Notes under the pieces: generated by a model | Seen by the model: only the letters and a program-made list of their open reading frames with translations | The model's database searches: none | Told to the model about the DNA's origin: nothing | Assembly (NCBI RefSeq): GCF_055900595.2 | Contig: NZ_CM148325.1 | Strand: one strand, 5' to 3' | Length of the DNA stretch: 64,000 nucleotides | Made by a program: the position numbers and the translations under genes | Part shown: positions 1 to 9,247 of the stretch, piece after piece | How positions within the stretch are numbered: position 1 is the stretch's first letter | How the letters are laid out: each line of letters starts with the position of its first letter

Positions 1-1271
1 GGGTATAGCCCCAGACCTACCGTCGTATTAATCGCTGCCCCCAGACTTGCACAACCATTAATGGCGTTACGGCGTGCCGGAAGGTTGAACACGTCGGCAA
101 AAATCTGCATAAACAGATCGCTGTTCGAACCGCCGCCAGTAATGATCACATGCTTTGCAAAGTGATTCATTTCATTACACATATTGTCGTAATTGTTCTT
201 CAGCGTCAGCGCCACGCTTTCCAGTATTGAACGATATATCCATGCGTAATCCATGCTGGAATCAAAGCCGATCATAATCCCGCGTTTGTACGGTTCCCAC
301 GGATTGGTCAGCCAGTCCAGCACCGTCATCAGACCATTACAGCCAGGCGGCACACAAGACGCTTTTTTGTTGAGCAAATCTTCCGGTGAAAGATCCTGTG
401 CTTTGGCATCCTGAATTAACGACTCGCCTAACATGTCGCGCAGCCAGCTCACTGTCCACATGCCTTTGCGGATACCGTAACCTTCATACAGCAAGGTTTG
501 CGGAATAGAAGACATAATCGGCCAGTACGCTACCGGATCTTTCGGCAGTACTTTGCCGTTCATCATCAACGCGATGTAAGTGCCAAGAGAAATTACCGCA
601 GTTTCATCATCCAGTAACCCGGCTCCCAGTGCTTCTACCGGTTTATCACTGGTGGTACAAACAACCGGCAGCCCAGCCGGGAAATGTGTCGCCAGCGCGG
701 CTTGTGGTGTGATATGCCCAAGAACAGTGCCCGGCATTTGCACATCAAAAAGCATCTGTCGGGGAATATTAAACTTCTCCATTACCGCGGTATCTTCGCT
801 CCATGCCCAGGTCTTATAATCCACCGGCCACTGACCAAAATAGTTGGCGATATTGTCTTTAAACTCGCCGGTTAAACGGTGTGTCAGATAACCTGAAAAA
901 GAGGTGACATATGCCACATCAGGATTGGTGTGCTCGTAGGGACGTGTTACGCGTGCATCCTGCCAGCTAATCAACGGCGCAGCTGGCGTGCCATCGGCTT
1001 TCAATAACGCACGGCAGCAACGGATAGATCCCAGACCAATGCCGACAATATCTTCTTTATTCCCGGCAAACTGGCTCATCAAATCGTGACCGGCAAAACA
1101 TAATGATGCCCATAAATCGTCGTCAGGATGTTCTGCGGTATCGGCATCTGGCGTGCGCATCGGCTGCAATAAGCCTTTGCCTTCGCATACCACATTACCT
1201 TCCAGATCGTACATCACCACTTTTGTGCTCTGACTTCCGCCATCAATCCCTATGATGTATTTTTTCGACAT
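1..1271 (-). CDS. ygcE: FGGY-family carbohydrate kinase, partial (N-terminal part; 3' end lies beyond window start)
   Basis: Minus-strand translation from ATG at 1271 reads MSKKYIIGIDGGSQSTKVVMYD..., the FGGY kinase N-terminal motif; the frame stays open to position 1. Not in the ORF track because no stop lies in the window. Confidence 0.85.
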   Translation of the reverse strand, partial: MSKKYIIGIDGGSQSTKVVMYDLEGNVVCEGKGLLQPMRTPDADTAEHPDDDLWASLCFAGHDLMSQFAGNKEDIVGIGLGSIRCCRALLKADGTPAAPLISWQDARVTRPYEHTNPDVAYVTSFSGYLTHRLTGEFKDNIANYFGQWPVDYKTWAWSEDTAVMEKFNIPRQMLFDVQMPGTVLGHITPQAALATHFPAGLPVVCTTSDKPVEALGAGLLDDETAVISLGTYIALMMNGKVLPKDPVAYWPIMSSIPQTLLYEGYGIRKGMWTVSWLRDMLGESLIQDAKAQDLSPEDLLNKKASCVPPGCNGLMTVLDWLTNPWEPYKRGIMIGFDSSMDYAWIYRSILESVALTLKNNYDNMCNEMNHFAKHVIITGGGSNSDLFMQIFADVFNLPARRNAINGCASLGAAINTTVGLGLY

Positions 1272-1297
1272 GATTTTTCTCCTGTAATTTTCTGGAC

Positions 1298-2575
1298 TTA
1301 CTTGCTGCTAGCCATTGCGGGGGCGCTATCAGCAGTACGAATTTTTTGGAACAGCAAAAAGGTAAAGACGATCACCATGCCAAGCGCCGCCATGCCCATC
1401 AGCCACATATTGCGGTAGGCTTCTGCCGCGGGCAGGGTGTCTTGCCAGTAGCCGATAATTGGGTAAACGAAGACATCCGGCAGGAATCCAATCACCGAAC
1501 AAATACCTACCGTGGTGCCCATAATGTAAGACGGTGTTCTCGCTTCGCCGGGGCAGGCCCAGTACAGCCCGCGTGAGGCGTAACAGGTGAATCCCAGAAG
1601 TAAAATCAGACCAACCCCCATCGCGACCGATTGCGGGTTAGAGTTCGTGATGAGCAGGGCAGTTAACGCCAGCAGGCCGAGTACGGAAAGGATTTGGATC
1701 ACGCGGGTAGGGGATTTCACTTTGCTGTAGGTGGTGATAATGCCACCAAGTGGGCCGCACAGTGCGCGGAAGATTTTGTTGATCACAATCCCCATGTAGC
1801 TCGCCGCCACCAGCGACATGCCGTACATTTCGGTCAGATAGTTGGTGGAGTAACTCAGAATGGCGTAGATGGTGAAGACGCCAAAAATCACCATGCTGCA
1901 GTACCATGTGGTGCTGATACGCAAAACGGCAAGGATGTCGCTAAGCTGGAATGACTGTTTTTCTTCGGTGTTGGTATTGCGCAGGTTGTTGTTATCGCTA
2001 ACAAAAAACCAGCACAGAATCCCCAACAAGATGTAAACCACACTATAGATGATAATGACCGTTTTCAGGCTGGCGCTGTCATCCGGTGCAAAGCGAGAAA
2101 AGACCCACATGGTAAACACCGCCAGCGACATTACACCGACGCCGCGCAGCCCTTCCATCCAGCCCATAATTTTCCCTTGCTCGCTATGATCGCCAAGCAA
2201 CGATGCGGCTTTAATCGACACCGACCACAGCATTAAAATCGTCGTTATCGCAAAGGCGACCTGAATACAGAGCATTACCCACAGCGGTGGATACGTTGCC
2301 ATTAACAGACCCAGCAATCCGGTAATGATCATCGCGGAAGTAATCATTTTGCGATGCGAAAATTTATCGGCAATAACGCCGCTGGGGGCATAAAGAATAA
2401 TAGCCGCAATACCAAAGGTACTCATTATTAAACCTATCTCGGTATTGCTGAATCCCATAAATTTAGCCATGGGAATTTGATAAATATAACGTAAATAAGC
2501 CAGATCAAAACTAACGCCGCCACTAAAACTAATTATCGCGAGGGTTATCCAACGGCGATATGAGTTGTGTTGCAT
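1298..2575 (-). CDS. yqcE: MFS-family transporter
   Basis: 425-aa ORF, hydrophobic multi-helix protein; position between ygcE and ygcW matches the K-12 gene order. Confidence 0.85.
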   Translation of the reverse strand: MQHNSYRRWITLAIISFSGGVSFDLAYLRYIYQIPMAKFMGFSNTEIGLIMSTFGIAAIILYAPSGVIADKFSHRKMITSAMIITGLLGLLMATYPPLWVMLCIQVAFAITTILMLWSVSIKAASLLGDHSEQGKIMGWMEGLRGVGVMSLAVFTMWVFSRFAPDDSASLKTVIIIYSVVYILLGILCWFFVSDNNNLRNTNTEEKQSFQLSDILAVLRISTTWYCSMVIFGVFTIYAILSYSTNYLTEMYGMSLVAASYMGIVINKIFRALCGPLGGIITTYSKVKSPTRVIQILSVLGLLALTALLITNSNPQSVAMGVGLILLLGFTCYASRGLYWACPGEARTPSYIMGTTVGICSVIGFLPDVFVYPIIGYWQDTLPAAEAYRNMWLMGMAALGMVIVFTFLLFQKIRTADSAPAMASSK

Positions 2576-2753
2576 ATCGTATTCCCATTTGTAATAGACA
2601 AAAAAAAGAGAAAAGTAAGCCGCCCTTTCAGGTGGATTACTTTTCTCAGGTCTCTAGTAATTGCAATAAGAAATAACATGGAAAGCAGTGGTGTTGTGTG
2701 AGAGTAGTCACGCTTCTGCTTTTTAAAATTATTTGATAATACGAATATCACAC

Positions 2754-2769
2754 TGTGATTACGATCACA
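2754..2769. promoter_or_regulatory. Putative CRP site (TGTGA-N6-TCACA) in the yqcE/ygcW divergent region
   Basis: tgtgattacgatcaca matches both CRP half-sites with 6-bp spacing; a TAAAAT -10-like hexamer lies about 22 bp downstream (2791-2796), the geometry of a class II site. Confidence 0.5.
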
Positions 2770-2822
2770 TTAGCGCTTATGCCCTTATGCTAAAAATTAT
2801 CTCCAGTTACCAGAGATAATGA

Positions 2823-2869
2823 GAAAGGTAACTTCCCTCTCGCGGGGGAAGTTACCTTTCTTTTTTTTT
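2823..2869 (+). terminator. Intrinsic-terminator-like hairpin in the ygcW leader (candidate attenuator)
   Basis: Perfect 15-bp inverted repeat gaaaggtaacttccc / gggaagttacctttc (2823-2837 and 2846-2860) followed by nine T residues, ending about 24 bp before the ygcW ATG. An upstream segment agttacc (2805-2811) could pair with ggtaact in the left arm as an alternative structure. Confidence 0.55.
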
Positions 2870-2893
2870 GCCTTACGGAAATTGGAGCTAACT

Positions 2894-3679
2894 ATGTCAA
2901 TCGAATCTCTCAATGCGTTCTCAATGGATTTTTTCTCCCTGAAAGGTAAAACCGCAATTGTTACTGGTGGGAATAGCGGTTTAGGCCAGGCATTTGCCAT
3001 GGCACTGGCAAAAGCAGGCGCAAATATCTTTATTCCTAGTTTCGTTAAAGATAATGGCGAAACAAAGGAAATGATTGAAAAACAGGGGGTTGAGGTGGGC
3101 TTCATGCAGGTGGATATCACCGCAGAAGGCGCGGCGCAGAAGATAATTGCCGCCTGTTGTGAACGTTTCGGCACCGTCGATATTCTGGTTAACAATGCCG
3201 GTATATGTAAGCTGAATAAGGTGCTGGATTTCGGTCGTGCCGACTGGGACCCGATGATTGACGTGAACCTGACCGCCGCATTCGAGTTAAGCTACGAAGC
3301 GGCAAAAATTATGATCCCGCAGAAAAGCGGTAAAATCATTAATATCTGTTCACTGTTTTCCTACTTAGGTGGTCAATGGTCTCCTGCTTATTCTGCCACT
3401 AAACATGCTCTTGCCGGATTCACCAAAGCTTATTGCGATGAACTAGGTCAATATAATATTCAGGTAAATGGTATTGCCCCTGGCTATTATGCAACAGATA
3501 TCACCCTGGCGACACGCAGTAATCCAGAAACTAATCAGCGCGTTCTTGATCATATTCCGGCAAACCGTTGGGGCGATACTCAGGATTTAATGGGCGCAGC
3601 CGTATTCCTCGCAAGTCCGGCTTCAAATTATGTTAACGGGCATTTATTAGTGGTCGATGGCGGTTATTTAGTGCGCTAA
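2894..3679 (+). CDS. ygcW: Short-chain dehydrogenase/reductase (SDR)
   Basis: TGGNSGLG Rossmann motif; start placed at the internal ATG 2894 (ggag SD 8 nt upstream, 261 aa) rather than ORF-track ATG 2819, which would translate the terminator hairpin. Confidence 0.85.
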   Translation: MSIESLNAFSMDFFSLKGKTAIVTGGNSGLGQAFAMALAKAGANIFIPSFVKDNGETKEMIEKQGVEVGFMQVDITAEGAAQKIIAACCERFGTVDILVNNAGICKLNKVLDFGRADWDPMIDVNLTAAFELSYEAAKIMIPQKSGKIINICSLFSYLGGQWSPAYSATKHALAGFTKAYCDELGQYNIQVNGIAPGYYATDITLATRSNPETNQRVLDHIPANRWGDTQDLMGAAVFLASPASNYVNGHLLVVDGGYLVR

Positions 3680-3748
3680 TCCATAACGGTGGTTTCTGTT
3701 TTCTCTTATTAATGATTATTCCATTTTTATTATCAGGAAGGAATTACT

Positions 3749-5203
3749 ATGTCTTTATCTCGCGCAGCGATTGTCGACCAGCTAAAGGAAATTGTTGGTG
3801 CAGATCGCGTAATTACCGATGAAACAGTATTAAAGAAAAACAGTATTGACCGTTTTCGCAAATTTCCGGATATTCATGGCATTTATACTTTGCCGATTCC
3901 GGCAGCGGTCGTAAAACTCGGTTCCACAGAACAAGTATCCCGTGTGCTGAATTTTATGAATGCGCACAAAATTAACGGTGTGCCGCGTACCGGTGCTTCC
4001 GCTACCGAAGGTGGACTGGAAACTGTTGTGGAAAACTCGATAGTGCTTGATGGCTCTGCAATGAATCAAATCATTAATATTGATATAGAGAATATGCAGG
4101 CGACGGCGCAATGTGGCGTTCCGCTGGAAGTGCTGGAAAACGCGTTGCGTGAAAAAGGTTACACCACGGGGCATTCTCCGCAGTCAAAACCGTTGGCGCA
4201 GATGGGGGGACTGGTGGCGACCCGTAGTATCGGGCAGTTCTCCACACTCTACGGCGCAATCGAGGATATGGTCGTTGGCCTGGAAGCAGTACTGGCTGAT
4301 GGCACCGTGACACGCATTAAAAACGTGCCACGACGCGCGGCGGGCCCGGACATTCGTCACATCATCATCGGCAACGAAGGCGCATTGTGCTATATCACTG
4401 AAGTCACTGTGAAAATCTTTAAATTCACCCCGGAAAACAACCTCTTCTACGGTTATATCCTGGAAAACATGAAAACCGGCTTCAACATCCTACGTGAAAT
4501 CATGGTGGAAGGATATCGTCCGTCGATCGCTCGTTTATATGATGCTGAAGATGGCACGCAACACTTCACCCATTTTGCCGACGGTAAATGTGTACTGATC
4601 TTTATGGCTGAAGGTAACCCTCGCATTGCGAAGGCGACGGGCGAAGGGATTGCAGAAATCGTGGCACGTTACCCGCAATGCCAGCGCGTGGACAGTAAGC
4701 TGATCGAAACCTGGTTTAACAACCTGAACTGGGGACCGGATAAAGTGGCTGCCGAACGTGTGCAGATCCTCAAAACCGGCAACATGGGCTTTACCACCGA
4801 AGTGTCCGGCTGCTGGAGTTGTATACACGAAATCTACGAAAGCGTTATTAACCGTATTCGTACCGAGTTCGCGCACGCCGACGACATCACCATGCTGGGC
4901 GGTCACTCCTCTCATAGCTATCAGAACGGCACCAACATGTACTTCGTCTACGACTACAACGTCGTTGACTGTAAGCCGGAAGAGGAAATCGACAAATACC
5001 ACAATCCGCTCAACAAAATCATCTGCGAAGAAACCATTCGCCTCGGCGGTTCGATGGTACACCATCACGGTATCGGTAAACATCGTGTTCACTGGAGCAA
5101 ACTGGAACACGGCAGCGCGTGGACATTGCTGGAAGGGCTGAAAAAACAGTTCGATCCTAACGGCATTATGAATACGGGTACTATCTATCCGATTGAAAAA
5201 TAA
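3749..5203 (+). CDS. ygcU: FAD-linked oxidase (alkyl-DHAP synthase / GlcD-like family)
   Basis: 484-aa ORF; family assignment and position in the ygc cluster are from recollection of the K-12 gene, not from a motif search. Confidence 0.8.
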   Translation: MSLSRAAIVDQLKEIVGADRVITDETVLKKNSIDRFRKFPDIHGIYTLPIPAAVVKLGSTEQVSRVLNFMNAHKINGVPRTGASATEGGLETVVENSIVLDGSAMNQIINIDIENMQATAQCGVPLEVLENALREKGYTTGHSPQSKPLAQMGGLVATRSIGQFSTLYGAIEDMVVGLEAVLADGTVTRIKNVPRRAAGPDIRHIIIGNEGALCYITEVTVKIFKFTPENNLFYGYILENMKTGFNILREIMVEGYRPSIARLYDAEDGTQHFTHFADGKCVLIFMAEGNPRIAKATGEGIAEIVARYPQCQRVDSKLIETWFNNLNWGPDKVAAERVQILKTGNMGFTTEVSGCWSCIHEIYESVINRIRTEFAHADDITMLGGHSSHSYQNGTNMYFVYDYNVVDCKPEEEIDKYHNPLNKIICEETIRLGGSMVHHHGIGKHRVHWSKLEHGSAWTLLEGLKKQFDPNGIMNTGTIYPIEK

Positions 5204-5296
5204 TGTGTCAGGCAGCGTTTCGCGATGACGGGGCGTTGTCTTTTCGGCTTCTCAACAGGGAAGCCGTTCTTATTACCGGACAATGAAGGGGTAAAG

Positions 5297-6634
5297 ATGA
5301 ACACTTCACCGGTGCGAATGGATGATTTACCGCTTAACCGTTTTCACTGTCGAATTGCTGCGCTGACTTTCGGCGCACACCTGACCGACGGTTATGTTCT
5401 CGGCGTCATTGGTTACGCCATAATTCAGCTTACACCCGCCATGCAACTGACGCCGTTTATGGCGGGAATGATCGGCGGCTCGGCGCTACTTGGCCTGTTT
5501 ATCGGCAGCCTGGTTTTGGGCTGGATCTCCGACCATATCGGGCGGCAAAAAATCTTCACCTTCAGCTTTATGCTGATTACACTCGCCTCGTTCCTGCAAT
5601 TTTTTGCCACCACGCCAGAGCATCTTATTGGACTGCGCATTTTGATCGGCATTGGGCTGGGAGGCGATTACTCAGTAGGCCACACCTTGCTGGCTGAATT
5701 TTCTCCGCGCCGCCATCGCGGTATTTTGCTGGGCGCTTTCAGCGTGGTGTGGACCGTAGGTTATGTGTTGGCAAGTCTTGCCGGACATCACTTTATTAGC
5801 GAAAGCCCCGAAGCCTGGCGATGGTTACTTGCATCGGCGGCATTTCCTGCCCTGTTGATTACGTTGTTACGTTGGGGAACGCCAGAATCGCCACGCTGGC
5901 TACTGCGCCAGGGGCGTTTTGCAGAAGCTCACGCTATCGTGCATCGCTATTTTGGTCCCCATGTTTTACTGGGCGATGAAGTGGCAACGGCGACCCATAA
6001 ACACATCAAAACCTTGTTCTCTTCGCGCTACTGGCGGCGCACGGCGTTTAACAGTGTCTTCTTTGTCTGCCTCGTGATCCCGTGGTTTGTGATTTATACC
6101 TGGCTGCCAACTATCGCCCAGACTATTGGACTGGAAGATGCGCTGACTGCCAGCCTGATGCTTAATGCGTTGTTAATTGTGGGCGCGCTGCTGGGATTAT
6201 TTCTGACGCACCTGCTGGCACATCGCAAATTTTTGCTGGGAAGTTTTTTGCTGCTGGCGGCAACGCTGGTAGTGATGGCCTGTTTGCCTTCTGGCAGTTC
6301 ATTAACGCTGCTGCTTTTTGTTCTCTTCAGCACCACCATTTCGGCAGTCAGTAATCTGGTGGGCATTTTGCCTGCGGAAAGTTTTCCTACTGACATTCGC
6401 TCGCTGGGTGTCGGTTTTGCCACTGCCATGAGTCGGTTGGGGGCGGCGGTAAGTACTGGCCTGCTGCCGTGGGTGCTGGCGCAGTGGGGAATGCAAGTCA
6501 CCTTATTGCTCCTGGCGGCAGTGTTGTTGGTTGGTTTTGTTGTGACCTGGCTATGGGCACCAGAAACCAAAGCACTCCCGCTGGTGGCGGCGGGAAATGT
6601 AGGAGGTACGAATGAACATTCTGTTAGCGTTTAA
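5297..6634 (+). CDS. ygcS: MFS-family sugar/metabolite transporter
   Basis: Hydrophobic 445-aa protein from the internal start MNTSPVRMDD; multi-helix transporter pattern. Confidence 0.8.
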   Translation: MNTSPVRMDDLPLNRFHCRIAALTFGAHLTDGYVLGVIGYAIIQLTPAMQLTPFMAGMIGGSALLGLFIGSLVLGWISDHIGRQKIFTFSFMLITLASFLQFFATTPEHLIGLRILIGIGLGGDYSVGHTLLAEFSPRRHRGILLGAFSVVWTVGYVLASLAGHHFISESPEAWRWLLASAAFPALLITLLRWGTPESPRWLLRQGRFAEAHAIVHRYFGPHVLLGDEVATATHKHIKTLFSSRYWRRTAFNSVFFVCLVIPWFVIYTWLPTIAQTIGLEDALTASLMLNALLIVGALLGLFLTHLLAHRKFLLGSFLLLAATLVVMACLPSGSSLTLLLFVLFSTTISAVSNLVGILPAESFPTDIRSLGVGFATAMSRLGAAVSTGLLPWVLAQWGMQVTLLLLAAVLLVGFVVTWLWAPETKALPLVAAGNVGGTNEHSVSV

Positions 6635-7391
6635 AGCCGAACCGGATGCCGGAATGCTGGCGGAAAAAGAGTGGCAGGCAGCGGCTCAGGGTAATAGCGG
6701 ACCGGATGTTTCGCTTCTGCGAAGTTTACTCGGTGCTGATGAACAGGCTGCCGCCGCGCTGCTGTTGGCGCAGAGAAAAAACGGTATGTCGATGTCTTTA
6801 ACCGCGTTGAGCATGGGGGATGAACGGGCGTTGCACTGGCTGCGCTATCTCATGGCTCTTGGGTTTGAGGAAGCTGTATTGCTGGAGACGGCGGCAGATA
6901 TGCGCTTTGCGCCGGAATTTGTCGCTCGCCATATTGCCGAATGGCAGCGCCAGAATCCGCTGGATCTGATCATTACTGGCTGCCAGAGCAGCGAAGGGCA
7001 GAACGGGCAAACGCCATTTTTGCTGGCGGAAATGCTGACCTGGCCCTGCTTTACCCAGGTGGAGCGTTTTACTCTCGACGCACCGTTTATCTCGCTCGAA
7101 CAGCGTACTGAACATGGATTACGCTGTTGTCGGGTTCGCTTGCCTGCGGTGATTGCCGTGCGCCAGTGTGGCGAGGTGGCCTTGCCAGTACCGGGAATGC
7201 GCCAGCGAATGGCTGCGGGGAAAGCTGAAATTATCCGCAAAACTGTTACTGCTGAATCGCCAGCGATGCAGTGCCGGCAACTGGAAAGGCCAGAGCAACG
7301 ACGCGGTGCAACGCTTCTTGATGGGCCAACGGTAGCAGAAAAAGCGCAAAAACTGTGGCGGGATTATTTGTGCCAGAGGATGCAGCCATGA
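6612..7391 (+). CDS. ygcR: Electron-transfer flavoprotein beta-subunit-like protein
   Basis: 259-aa ORF translationally overlapping the next gene; ETF-beta family assignment and cluster position from recollection of K-12. Confidence 0.85.
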   Translation: MNILLAFKAEPDAGMLAEKEWQAAAQGNSGPDVSLLRSLLGADEQAAAALLLAQRKNGMSMSLTALSMGDERALHWLRYLMALGFEEAVLLETAADMRFAPEFVARHIAEWQRQNPLDLIITGCQSSEGQNGQTPFLLAEMLTWPCFTQVERFTLDAPFISLEQRTEHGLRCCRVRLPAVIAVRQCGEVALPVPGMRQRMAAGKAEIIRKTVTAESPAMQCRQLERPEQRRGATLLDGPTVAEKAQKLWRDYLCQRMQP

Positions 7392-8248
7392 ATATCGCAA
7401 TTGTGACAATAAATCAGGACCATGCCGCAATAGCGAGCTGGCTGGCGGAGCAGGATTTCAGCGGCAGCACATTAACGCACTGGCAAATCGAGCCGCAGCC
7501 GATGGTCGCGGAACAGGTGCTGGATGCGCTGGTAGAACAGTGGCAGCGAACGCCTGCGGACGTTGTTCTCTTTCCGCCGGGAACGTTTGGCGATGAACTG
7601 GCTACCCGCCTGTCCTGGCGTTTACATGGTGCCAGTATATGCCAGGTGACTTCATTAAATATTCCAACCGGAAGCGTACGCAAATCCCACTGGGGAAATG
7701 CGCTAACGGCGACGCTGCAAACAGAAAAACGCCCGCTATGCCTTTCCCTTGCCCGCCAGGCGGGAGCAGTGAAAAATGCCACGTTGCCCTCTGGTATGCA
7801 GCAACTGAACATTGTCCCCGGCGCGCTTCCCGACTGGCTGGTTAGCACAGAGGATCTGAAAAATGTTACCCGTGACCCATTAGCTGAGGCCAGACGGGTG
7901 CTGGTGGTGGGGCAGGGCGGAGAGGCAGATAACCAGGAAATCGCTATGCTGGCAGAAAAGCTGGGAGCCGAAGTGGGCTACAGTCGGGCGCGAGTAATGA
8001 ACGGTGGCGTTGATGCCGAAAAAGTGATTGGTATTTCCGGACATCTGCTGGCACCTGAGGTGTGTATTGTTGTTGGCGCTTCCGGCGCAGCAGCGTTAAT
8101 GGCGGGCGTCCGCAATAGCAAGTTTGTGGTGGCGATTAATCATGACGCCAGCGCGGCGGTATTTTCACAGGCAGATGTTGGCGTGGTTGATGACTGGAAA
8201 GCGGTGCTGGAGGCACTGGTGACAACCATTCACGCAGATTGCCAATAA
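7388..8248 (+). CDS. ygcQ: Electron-transfer flavoprotein alpha-subunit-like protein
   Basis: 286 aa from the internal start MNIAIVTINQ; ETF-alpha family assignment from recollection; overlaps the ygcR stop. Confidence 0.85.
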   Translation: MNIAIVTINQDHAAIASWLAEQDFSGSTLTHWQIEPQPMVAEQVLDALVEQWQRTPADVVLFPPGTFGDELATRLSWRLHGASICQVTSLNIPTGSVRKSHWGNALTATLQTEKRPLCLSLARQAGAVKNATLPSGMQQLNIVPGALPDWLVSTEDLKNVTRDPLAEARRVLVVGQGGEADNQEIAMLAEKLGAEVGYSRARVMNGGVDAEKVIGISGHLLAPEVCIVVGASGAAALMAGVRNSKFVVAINHDASAAVFSQADVGVVDDWKAVLEALVTTIHADCQ

Positions 8249-8253
8249 CGTGC

Positions 8254-8360
8254 TGCCGGATGATCCTGCCTACGGTTCTGGGCTGGGGACTTGTAAGCCT
8301 GATAAGACGCGTCAAGCGTCGTATCAGGCGCTGAATGTCGGATGTGGCGTGCAGCCTACA
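8254..8360. repeat. REP/BIME-type extragenic palindromic repeats
   Basis: gcctgataagacgcgtcaagcgtcgtatcaggcg and flanking ccggatg / ctacgg motifs between convergent ygcQ and ygcP. Confidence 0.5.
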
Positions 8361-8394
8361 AATCACACAAATTCAATTCGTTACGATTATCTCG

Positions 8395-8970
8395 TCAAAG
8401 CAATTTTTTCGCTAACGTCCAGACCCCGGTATTCGTGGTAGAAAGCGCCACTACACCGGCGTTAATCGCATTACGCGCATCTTCTTCATCGCACACCAGC
8501 CCGCCAGCAACCAGCGGCTGGTGGATTTTCTCCGTTACCCAGCCCAGTACTTTAGGCATACAGCCTGGCAGAATTTCAATACAATCCGGGTTCGATTGCG
8601 CAACCTGTTTATCAATGTTGTGAAATGAAATCGAATCAACAATAAACAAGCGATGAATACAGAAAAAGCCTTCCGCTCTCGCCGCTTTTAGCATTGACGC
8701 TTTGGTACTGATAATGCCGTCCGCCTCGGTCACCAGTTTCAGAAACTGAATTACTACTTCTTTATTTGACGCGCCTTCCAGCAAATCGACATGAATAAAA
8801 GCATATTTTCCGGCGTTCTTAATCTTTTTGACGATATGACTGATGGTGCAAATATTGCCGTACAACACGGAAATAAACCGGCATTCAGAGTCGATTGCCA
8901 GTTGCAGGCTGGCATTGTCTTTAACGGCAGCAATCACCGGATTCTGGCGGAGCAGGTGTAAGAGGGGCAT
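8395..8970 (-). CDS. ygcP: GlpP-family (glycerol-3-phosphate-responsive type) transcription antiterminator
   Basis: 191-aa ORF; GlpP-family assignment from recollection of the K-12 ygcP annotation. Confidence 0.8.
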   Translation of the reverse strand: MPLLHLLRQNPVIAAVKDNASLQLAIDSECRFISVLYGNICTISHIVKKIKNAGKYAFIHVDLLEGASNKEVVIQFLKLVTEADGIISTKASMLKAARAEGFFCIHRLFIVDSISFHNIDKQVAQSNPDCIEILPGCMPKVLGWVTEKIHQPLVAGGLVCDEEDARNAINAGVVALSTTNTGVWTLAKKLL

Positions 8971-8986
8971 AAATTATCCTTATTAT

Positions 8987-9247
8987 TTATCCAAAGCGGT
9001 AGGTGATGCCGAATCCGGAAGGCGGATAGCGCCACTGTTGTAGGGTTTTTTCATCACACAGTAAACGGCAGGTGCCACACTCCAGGCAGCCGCGATAATC
9101 AACGCGTAAGTCGCCTTCCGGCGTGAGCGAAAAAAGACCAGCCGGACAAGCGTTAATCAACCGTTCTGCCGTCTGGCGCTCAACGGAGTCTGCCGGAACA
9201 ATATGTGGCGCATCAGCAGCGCGCCAGAGATTACGGGCTACAGACAT
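8987..9247 (-). CDS. ygcO: FixX-like ferredoxin-like protein
   Basis: Cys-rich small protein (CLECGTCRLLCDE); 86 aa from the internal start; overlaps the ygcN stop. Confidence 0.75.
   Translation of the reverse strand: MSVARNLWRAADAPHIVPADSVERQTAERLINACPAGLFSLTPEGDLRVDYRGCLECGTCRLLCDEKTLQQWRYPPSGFGITYRFG

Noticed and set aside
2819-2893. Upstream ATG extension of ygcW (ORF-track start 2819, 286 aa)
   Set aside because: The extension would translate the terminator hairpin and T-tract (giving ...KLPFFFFALRK), has no SD, and the internal ATG at 2894 has a good SD and gives the family-typical N-terminus.
4535-5110. 191-aa minus-strand ORF
   Set aside because: Antisense within ygcU.
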